Shown here: positions 1 to 5,917 of the stretch, one piece after another
Layout of the letters: each line of letters opens with the position of its first letter
Position numbering within the stretch: the first letter of the stretch is position 1
Assembly (NCBI GenBank): GCA_964507075.1
Contig: CAZDOL010000019.1
Coordinates: 1 to 9,490 of the forward strand
Length of the DNA stretch: 9,490 bases
Source of the DNA: an uncultured Gammaproteobacteria bacterium
GTDB taxonomy: Bacteria > Patescibacteriota > Patescibacteriia > UBA2591 > UBA6264
Direction of reading: 5' to 3'
The notes under the pieces: model-generated
Database searches by the model: none
Seen by the model: only the letters and a program-made list of their open reading frames with translations
What the model was told of the DNA's origin: nothing
Position numbers and translations under genes: made by a program

Positions 1-4
1 AGAC

Positions 5-37
5 AAAAAGTTTGGTGGCTCGGCCACCAAACTTTTT
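5..37 (-). terminator. Rho-independent, bidirectional-type terminator hairpin downstream of the histidine kinase gene
   Basis: Perfect inverted repeat aaaaagtttggtggc (5-19), loop tcg, gccaccaaacttttt (23-37). The GC core is flanked by A and T runs and lies about 20 nt past the stop codon at 57-59. Confidence 0.75.
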
Positions 38-56
38 TTAGAATTCTTTAAAATTT

Positions 57-989
57 TTATTTGCTTTGTAGTAAGGGCAGTCTAATGGTAAATTTTACGC
101 CTTTCTCTGTATTCTCGGCTACAACTTCTCCATGGTCCTTCTTGATGCTATCTCGTACCATAGCAAGACCCAAACCTGTGTTCCCTGTTTCTTCATCCTT
201 AAATCCCTTTTCAAATATTTTTTCCTGAATTCCGTCTGGAAGTTGACTTCCATTATTCTCAACTTCTATTATAACATATTTTTCGTCTTCTTTATTAATT
301 GTTATGTCTATTTCTGTTGCTTGACCGTGCCTGAAGGCATTAGCAACAATATTATCAAGAATTGAACACAAAGAAACATTTGTTTTAATTAAACATTTAT
401 CATGACTATCATTTATCTTAATTTTTAAATTATCATAAACATTCTTTATGTCTTCTGCTACTTGCCGAACATTATATAAATTTAATTCTCCCGATGCTAT
501 AGCTTCTTCAGTCTCATCTACTTCTTTAATTAACATCTCCATTCCTTTAATCTTTGATTGGGCTTCATCACGAACATATTCTTTGTCTTCATAATTGTCC
601 ATATCTAAAAGATGAGCAGAAGATATCAAAACTGCCAGTTTGTTTATTATATCATGACGAAATATAGAAAGAATTATTTGTAAGGAATTTTCTTTCTCAG
701 AATCTTTATTTTTTTCCAATGACTTAACTTTGGTGTCACGAATTATATCAATTGCATTTCTTATTTTTTTTTCTAATGCATCAGATGTTATGGGCGTTTC
801 TTCATTATTTTCATTGAAAAATTTTGATTTAAATAATTTTATAATCTCTGTTGTTTCTTTTTCGGCAATATCAATAAGTGATTCCAAAGAATTGGATTTT
901 TGTTTTTTTTCAGAAGGTTTATTTACATCGTCCAATGGTGGCTGTAGTTCTTTGTCGTCATTTTCGTAAACACTCATATTAAAATTCAT
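57..989 (-). CDS. Soluble (no TM segment) sensor histidine kinase
   Basis: 310 aa ORF. H-box-like SIFRHDIINKLAVL. HATPase_c motifs: N box DNIVANAFRHG, G boxes EVENNGSQLP and ETGNTGLGLAMV. The N-terminal ~100 aa are low-complexity and charged, with no hydrophobic helices. Confidence 0.85.
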   Translation of the reverse strand: MNFNMSVYENDDKELQPPLDDVNKPSEKKQKSNSLESLIDIAEKETTEIIKLFKSKFFNENNEETPITSDALEKKIRNAIDIIRDTKVKSLEKNKDSEKENSLQIILSIFRHDIINKLAVLISSAHLLDMDNYEDKEYVRDEAQSKIKGMEMLIKEVDETEEAIASGELNLYNVRQVAEDIKNVYDNLKIKINDSHDKCLIKTNVSLCSILDNIVANAFRHGQATEIDITINKEDEKYVIIEVENNGSQLPDGIQEKIFEKGFKDEETGNTGLGLAMVRDSIKKDHGEVVAENTEKGVKFTIRLPLLQSK

Positions 990-997
990 TAAATTAA

Positions 998-2023
998 TTA
1001 ATGCTCCAGAATTTTTAATTCTACTTGATTATTTTCAATTTTTAATAATCCCCTACCTCCGATAGGAAAAGTAATCATAGGATTAGTGTGCCCAAAGTTC
1101 ACGTTAGAGACAATAGGCATTCTTGCTAATTCTTTTTTAGAATGAATAATATATTTTAGTTTATCAATATTTATATCTACTTTCTTCTGGAATTTGCCAA
1201 TAACAATACCTTTTACTTTGTTGAAATTCGGTTGATGGATAAGCGATTGTAAATTACGGTCAAAATCTATACTAAAAGAATCTCCTGCCATATCATCGTC
1301 TTCTATAAACAAAATTGAATCAGTTAAATCAGGCATAAATTCTGTGCCTTGAAGTAAATTAAAAGTGCACAAATTACCGCCCAAAATTTTTCCTTCAGCA
1401 TGACCTTCGTTAATAATAATAAAACCGTCATTTTTAATTAGATTTCTTTTTTCCTGGTCTATATACCAAGTATCATCACTCCATGTTGGAGATGGTTTTA
1501 CTTCAAACCCTTCTTCTTGCATTAAACATTTTTGAAAATATTCTAAATTATATTCAAATTCTTTTTTCATGCCCCATGTTGAAAAATGAAGCCCGTGATA
1601 TGTAATCAAGTTTGTTTTGGCAGTTATAGCGTTTAAAAGCGCTGTTATGTCTGAATATCCACACAAAATCTTAGGATTATTTTTAATCAAATTATAATCC
1701 AAATAAGAAAGAATTTGATTGGAGTTAAAACCACCAATCACAGTTAAAATTGCTTTAACTTTTTTATCTTCAAAAGCTTGGTGAATGTCATCCACTCGAG
1801 ACTCTACAGAAGAGGACATAAACATATCTGATTCTCCGCAATGTTTTGAAAAGCTCACTCGAAAACCTTGAGATTCTATTTTATCCTGAGCTAAAAAAAT
1901 ATTTTCTTTAGACAACAAAGACAGACTCCGCGCCGGAGCAATAACTCTTATCTCGTCTCCTGTTTTTAATTTGTCAGGAATTAACATATCAATTATTGTC
2001 TCAGATTCTTTTAAAATTAACAA
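998..2023 (-). CDS. LD-carboxypeptidase, peptidase family S66 (LdcA/MccF-like)
   Basis: Family hallmarks: GDEIRVIAPA near the N-terminus, nucleophile motif CGYSDITAL, acidic LFIEDDD, and FGHTNP histidine motif. The track start at 2023 is a TTG. The first ATG is at 1987 (MLIPDKLKTGDEI...) and may be the true start. Confidence 0.88.
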   Translation of the reverse strand: MLILKESETIIDMLIPDKLKTGDEIRVIAPARSLSLLSKENIFLAQDKIESQGFRVSFSKHCGESDMFMSSSVESRVDDIHQAFEDKKVKAILTVIGGFNSNQILSYLDYNLIKNNPKILCGYSDITALLNAITAKTNLITYHGLHFSTWGMKKEFEYNLEYFQKCLMQEEGFEVKPSPTWSDDTWYIDQEKRNLIKNDGFIIINEGHAEGKILGGNLCTFNLLQGTEFMPDLTDSILFIEDDDMAGDSFSIDFDRNLQSLIHQPNFNKVKGIVIGKFQKKVDINIDKLKYIIHSKKELARMPIVSNVNFGHTNPMITFPIGGRGLLKIENNQVELKILEH

Positions 2024-2075
2024 CTAAAAAAATAAATATAAAAGATCGACACAACCTCCCGTTACACCGATCTTT
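2024..2075 (-). terminator. Probable rho-independent terminator after the lysine-rich protein gene
   Basis: Stem aaagatcg (2041-2048) pairs with cgatcttt (2068-2075). G:U pairs could extend the stem on the minus-strand RNA. On the minus strand it is followed by tatatttattttttt (2040-2024). It lies 25 nt past the stop at 2101-2103. Confidence 0.5.
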
Positions 2076-2100
2076 TATTTTAAAGGTTTTCAAAAACTGA

Positions 2101-2307
2101 TTATTTCTTGCGAGCCTTGGTTGCTTTCTTGGTTACTTTCTTGACTGTCTTGCGTACAGGTTTCTTGGTCACTTTCTTGGCGACCCTCTTCTTTGCTACT
2201 GGTTTCTTCACTGCTTTCTTGATTACTTTCTTTTTTGCTACTGGTTTCTTCACTGCTTTCTTGATTGCTTTGCGTACAGGTTTCTTAGTTACTTTTTTGC
2301 CAGCCAT
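2101..2307 (-). CDS. Lysine-rich, highly basic repeat protein (histone H1 / Hc1-like nucleoid-associated protein candidate)
   Basis: 68 aa made almost entirely of K, V, A, P, T and R, with repeated KKPV(A/R)KK units. The antisense ORF 2108..2338 is a mirror artefact of the repeat. Confidence 0.7.
   Translation of the reverse strand: MAGKKVTKKPVRKAIKKAVKKPVAKKKVIKKAVKKPVAKKRVAKKVTKKPVRKTVKKVTKKATKARKK
2194..2266. repeat. Intragenic direct repeat (31-nt perfect copies, 42-nt period)
   Basis: tgctactggtttcttcactgctttcttgatt occurs at 2194-2224 and again at 2236-2266. A second, imperfect pair tgcgtacaggtttctt... lies at 2151-2180 and 2271-2300. These encode the IKKAVKKPVAKK and VTKKPVRK protein repeats. 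Confidence 0.9.
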
Positions 2308-2422
2308 ATTTTTAAAAAATTATATAAACTTTTTATAACTTGATCGCCGACCTTTAGATGTCTTATATATTATAATACAATTAAATTTAAAAAGATACTG
2401 TAAATATTTATCAACAGTTGAA

Positions 2423-2962
2423 TTATTTTTCTTTACAAATTTTTTGTTGAGATAAATTAACAACATCTCCGATTGAACCATTCGAGATGTAAAATGTTTT
2501 TCCTTCGTCATCACACAATACCGTAGAACGCATAGTAATTCTAATAACCTCACCCTCAAAATTACTTATTTTTATTCTATCGCCTATTCCATATTGATTC
2601 TCTATTAAAATAAATAATCCCGAAACGAAATCTTTGACCAGAGATTGAGCTCCAAAACCAACAGCCAAACCGAGCACCCCTAGTCCAGCTAGTATTGGTT
2701 TTATGTCTATTCCAAACAGATTTAAAATCATAAATAAGACAACAATATAAATAACAATATTACCAATAGCTAGAACAACATGCCCTAAAGTTTTTGCTCT
2801 TTTTTCTTTTTGGGAAACATGTTTATCGTCTCCGTCATCAACTATCTTAACAATTCTTTTAACTATGGTTCTTAAAATGATCTTTCCAAAAGCGAATAAA
2901 AAAATTATCCAAATAATATCTATAGCGTTTTGTCTAATAATATTAATTATAAATTCTAACAT
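2423..2962 (-). CDS. Small-conductance mechanosensitive channel, MscS family (short form)
   Basis: 179 aa with three hydrophobic helices. Contains the conserved pore-helix and beta-domain signature LGLAVGFGAQSLVKDFVSGLFILIENQYGIGDRIKI...GEVIRITMRSTVL. It ends right after the beta domain, so no C-terminal alpha/beta domain is present. Confidence 0.85.
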   Translation of the reverse strand: MLEFIINIIRQNAIDIIWIIFLFAFGKIILRTIVKRIVKIVDDGDDKHVSQKEKRAKTLGHVVLAIGNIVIYIVVLFMILNLFGIDIKPILAGLGVLGLAVGFGAQSLVKDFVSGLFILIENQYGIGDRIKISNFEGEVIRITMRSTVLCDDEGKTFYISNGSIGDVVNLSQQKICKEK

Positions 2963-3020
2963 AAAGTTTATTTATTTAATGTCTAAATAAATGATATCTC
3001 ACCTCAATTAAAAGGTCAAG

Positions 3021-3056
3021 ACAGAAAAACCGTCAATGACATGACGGTTTTTCTGT
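3021..3056 (-). terminator. Rho-independent, bidirectional-type terminator after the secreted coiled-coil protein gene
   Basis: 15-bp perfect inverted repeat acagaaaaaccgtca (3021-3035) and tgacggtttttctgt (3042-3056). The core ccgtca/tgacgg is followed by a T-run on either strand. It lies 22 nt past the stop at 3079-3081. Confidence 0.75.
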
Positions 3057-3078
3057 TCTATTGAATAATTAGATTTAT

Positions 3079-3828
3079 TTAATTCCGTTTGGAAAATAAC
3101 TTCGAAAACCAGCCGAACAAACTAAATCCTTGCCTTTCGTCTGTAATTTCTTTTTCTATTTCAGAACTTACTTGCTTCATAACTTCAATTTGCTGAGTTA
3201 ATATTTCTCTATCTGTTTCATTCTCTAACCCATCTTTCACAACCTCTAATTCTTCTATTTTTTCTTGATGCTTGGTTAGTTTTTCTTCTGCTATATTTAA
3301 ATTAGAATTATCAGATCCGACTAAAAATTTAACAAAACCTTTTCGTTCTTGAGCCTGATTCAATGCAGTATCGGCTTCCTCTTGGATTTGATTTTGGACT
3401 CTAGCAATTTCTCTAATTTGAGTACCAACGCCTTCATTTCTTTCTGCAACTTGCAACATTTCTTGAACAGAATTAGCTACTTTACTGCGCCTGGCAACTG
3501 CTTGCTCACTTGGCTCATGACTTATTCCTTTTTTGACTTTTTCTCCATCAACTTCTTGGATAAATCCCTGTTTTTTTTGCCCCAAAACTTCATCATTTTC
3601 CACTTCTAACAAAACGCTCTCTTCGACCCTACGATCTTGAGTTCCGGTACCTTGAATTCTTTTTTCTATCCCAACCTCTTCTAATGGAACTTCTTGATCA
3701 AATTCCATTGTTTCTATATTCTGCTGATCACGAGTCCTTGCTTGCTCTTCTGCTCTTGCTTGAATTGAGCTAATGGGGAAAAGCGTTAAGACTAAAAGTG
3801 TGATTAAAATGAGTCTCAAATGTTTCAT
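3079..3828 (-). CDS. Secreted acidic coiled-coil protein, function unknown
   Basis: 249 aa. N-terminal signal peptide MKHLRLILITLLVLTLFPISSIQARA. The remainder is E/Q/K-rich and looks helical or coiled-coil. No catalytic motif recognised. Confidence 0.7.
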   Translation of the reverse strand: MKHLRLILITLLVLTLFPISSIQARAEEQARTRDQQNIETMEFDQEVPLEEVGIEKRIQGTGTQDRRVEESVLLEVENDEVLGQKKQGFIQEVDGEKVKKGISHEPSEQAVARRSKVANSVQEMLQVAERNEGVGTQIREIARVQNQIQEEADTALNQAQERKGFVKFLVGSDNSNLNIAEEKLTKHQEKIEELEVVKDGLENETDREILTQQIEVMKQVSSEIEKEITDERQGFSLFGWFSKLFSKRN

Positions 3829-3940
3829 AAATAGATTGATTAATTAATTAAAACTTAAAGACTTCTTTAAATAAAAGATACCTTATCTTGGAGAAAAAAT
3901 CAATAAGAAAAATATTCTCTTGTTTTGAGAACAAATTAAA

Positions 3941-4978
3941 TTAAGTATTTCGAACGAGCTTCTGTAATCTTTTTTTCAACTTATGACTTTTGCAATGTTT
4001 AAGCATCCCGTAATACGATTGCATTGATTGATCAAAAAAATCCCTTGAAACCAATCCTTGATTCAATTTTATTTTGTTTTCCTTAATTTTACTAAACATT
4101 TTCTTTTTACTTTTGGTCCGAAGCGTTATATAATAAGGCAAGACAACATAGCCCAGGAAATCAATTCCCTGACTAAACTTTTTGATTTCAACTTTTTGTG
4201 GATGAAGTTCTAAATCCAGCTTCTTGTTTAAAAAATCTTTAATCAAGACAACAAGGCATTCAAGGTATTTTTGGTCTTGACTAACAATGGCAAAATCATC
4301 AGCATATCTAAAATAATACTTAATCTTTAATTGTTTTTTAACAAACCAATCAAATTTATCTAAAAATATATTTGCAAAAATTTGTGAGGTTAAATTGCCA
4401 ATCGGCAAACCTCTCTCTTTTGAAAAACCATCCATATCATTTACGGAAAAACTTGATATAATCTGTTGAATTAACCACAAAAATCTACGATCATGTATTC
4501 TGTTTTTTATCATATCAAAAAGTTTTCGATGAGAAATGCTATGAAAAAATTTCTTAATATCACCCTTTAAAACATAAGCCGTTTGAGTATAGTTCTGGCT
4601 CACTTTCCTCAAAACATTGGATAAGTTTTTAACCGCCAAATGAGTGCCTTTATTATCTCTGGATGAATAGGAATGATAAATAAAAATAGGGTTAAATGTT
4701 CTATACAATTCTTTAAAAACAATGTGATGAATTAATCTGTCTTTAACTTCGGCTTTATCAATTATTCTGTGTTTAGGGTCGTAAATATGAAACCTGACAT
4801 AAGGCTCGTGCCTATAGGTTAAATCATATAATTCGGAATGAAGTTTAAAAATATTGTCTTCCAAATGCCGTTCAAATTCCATTACATCATATTTTTTAGA
4901 TTTACCATTTTTGAATTCGTCCCAACAAAGCAAAATATTTTCCAAACTAATTAAATTATCATAAATATTATGGAACAT
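3941..4978 (-). CDS. DGR reverse transcriptase
   Basis: 345 aa. Contains the DGR-diagnostic motif 4 GLPIGNLTSQIFANIFL (I/LGxxxSQ rather than the group II intron type), YxDD box FRYADDFAIV, and a conserved N-terminus ENILLCWDEFKNGKSKK. Its short length leaves no room for an endonuclease domain and I recognised none. Confidence 0.95.
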   Translation of the reverse strand: MFHNIYDNLISLENILLCWDEFKNGKSKKYDVMEFERHLEDNIFKLHSELYDLTYRHEPYVRFHIYDPKHRIIDKAEVKDRLIHHIVFKELYRTFNPIFIYHSYSSRDNKGTHLAVKNLSNVLRKVSQNYTQTAYVLKGDIKKFFHSISHRKLFDMIKNRIHDRRFLWLIQQIISSFSVNDMDGFSKERGLPIGNLTSQIFANIFLDKFDWFVKKQLKIKYYFRYADDFAIVSQDQKYLECLVVLIKDFLNKKLDLELHPQKVEIKKFSQGIDFLGYVVLPYYITLRTKSKKKMFSKIKENKIKLNQGLVSRDFFDQSMQSYYGMLKHCKSHKLKKRLQKLVRNT

Positions 4979-5320
4979 AAAAATAACGATATCCCAATAA
5001 TTAAAAATTTATACGAGCTATATAAAATATACTATAGTTATTCTACTCTATTTCCCAAAAAAGACAGATATACTTTAGGAGCTAAATGTGAAATGTATAT
5101 TATCGCCACGCTCGAACTCCTACTGGAAGCTAGTTGTGCTTATAGAGAAGAAAAACTGGAATTAATAAAAAAAGCCAACGCCAAGTTTGATACTTTAAAA
5201 CTGTTTGTTCGTCTTTTAAAAGATTTAAAAATCATTGACACTAAAAAATACATTGAACTGCAAGGAAGAATCCAGGAGATCGGCAAAATGCTGGGAGGGT
5301 GGCAAAGATCTCTGGGTTAA
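4970..5320 (+). CDS. avd: Avd-like accessory variability determinant (four-helix-bundle protein, 23S rRNA intervening-sequence protein family)
   Basis: 116 aa, helical and basic. The N-terminal pattern IPIIKNLYELYKIYYSYSTLFPKKDRYTLG matches the family consensus (FPkxexYsLg). It lies next to the DGR RT and TR. It is on the opposite strand to the rest of the element. Confidence 0.85.
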   Translation: MEHKNNDIPIIKNLYELYKIYYSYSTLFPKKDRYTLGAKCEMYIIATLELLLEASCAYREEKLELIKKANAKFDTLKLFVRLLKDLKIIDTKKYIELQGRIQEIGKMLGGWQRSLG

Positions 5321-5326
5321 GCAATA

Positions 5327-5357
5327 AATAAAGACCTCTTTAAACGAGATCTTTATT
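5327..5357. terminator. Imperfect hairpin between the convergent avd 3' end and the TR 3' flank (candidate bidirectional terminator)
   Basis: aataaagacctc (5327-5338), loop tttaaac, gagatctttatt (5346-5357). This gives 11 of 12 pairs with one C/A mismatch. It starts 7 nt after the avd stop at 5318-5320. It is AT-rich and therefore weak. Confidence 0.4.
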
Positions 5358-5389
5358 GATATAGACCTGTCTACCAGTAAGTAGGCGCA

Positions 5390-5510
5390 ACCCGAGGAAG
5401 ACGAGCCCGCCCGAATAGTTGTCATAAGCGTTAGCCAAATCGTCCGTGTTGTCGAAGTCAAGCTTGTCGTCGTTAGCTTTGAAGTTGAGCGAAGAGCCAG
5501 AGGACTGCCA
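5390..5510 (-). repeat. DGR template repeat (TR)
   Basis: Ungapped 120-121 nt match to 5920-6040. At all 14 mismatches this copy carries A on the minus strand. It is non-coding in the VR frame, with a stop just upstream. In the VR frame it carries five AAC codons. Confidence 0.93.
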
Positions 5511-5810
5511 GAAATTTGTCTTTTCCCATCTTTATCCACTGGGAAAATAGCTCGAAAAGTAATATTTCCCCTGTATTTTATTCGGCTCCTACCCGCCAGA
5601 GGCGGGTGTGCCTTGGCGCAAACCTTAGAAAAAGACAAGTAGTGCCTAAATTCTCGCATACTCTCCTATGGTCCAAATTTAAACCATAAAATTCTGATGC
5701 GTTGGTAGAAATCTAGAGTTTCGGCGAACCGTTATCCCCACCCGCCAACAAGCAGGACATGAGACCGGTTACATTAACCTACTCCTGTTCTCATTCTATC
5801 ATACTTCACA

Positions 5811-5844
5811 AAGAAAAACTAGGTGCAACGTTGTCGCACCTAGT
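5811..5844 (-). terminator. Rho-independent terminator of the DGR target gene
   Basis: 9-bp stem actaggtgc (5818-5826) pairs with gcacctagt (5836-5844), loop aacgttgtc. On the minus strand it is followed by TTTTCTT. It lies about 75 nt past the stop at 5918-5920. A T-run also follows on the plus strand. Confidence 0.65.
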
Positions 5845-5917
5845 GTTTTTCAAAAATGACCAAGAACCAAAATTCCTAGTCCAAAGACCAAGAAGACAAA
5901 AGACCAAATTCCTTCCA

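Noticed and set aside
132-969. Plus-strand ORFs 132..365 and 730..969 inside the histidine kinase gene
   Set aside because: They are antisense shadows of a gene with clear kinase motifs, and their translations are Phe/Leu/Ser-rich with no motif. The same reasoning applies to 2108..2338, 2320..2559, 3349..3609, 6212..6646 and 6618..6896.
2423-2962. Short MscS gene as a truncated pseudogene
   Set aside because: The ORF is intact from the start codon through the three TM helices and the beta domain. The downstream overlapping ORF (2320..2559) shows no MscS-like sequence that would indicate a frameshift. Short MscS-family proteins exist, so there is no sequence evidence for decay.
3941-4978. The RT as a group II intron maturase or a retron RT
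   Set aside because: Motif 4 is the DGR type (IGNLTSQ). At 345 aa the protein is too short for a maturase plus endonuclease extension, and I recognised none. I see no intron domain V/VI-like RNA or msr/msd-type inverted repeats next to it. A TR/VR pair with adenine-only mismatches is present instead.
5225-5659. 144-aa minus-strand ORF spanning the TR
   Set aside because: It reads the TR in a different frame from the VR. It overlaps the avd 3' end antisense and has no recognisable protein features. It is best explained as a chance ORF in a GC-richer stretch. The TR is treated as non-coding.
5511-5800. Possible tRNA or other known small RNA in the VR-TR spacer
   Set aside because: I could not fold a cloverleaf and found no T-loop GTTCRANYC-type consensus or acceptor/anticodon arrangement. 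I recognise no known RNA family by eye. It is reported only as an unexplained structured spacer.
5818-5844. Hairpin downstream of the VR as the DGR target-recognition cruciform
   Set aside because: In the characterised Bordetella system the hairpin/cruciform lies directly after the IMH. This one is ~75 nt downstream of the VR end, has a 9-nt loop and is followed by a T-run. An intrinsic terminator for the target gene is the simpler reading. A role in retrohoming cannot be excluded from sequence alone.
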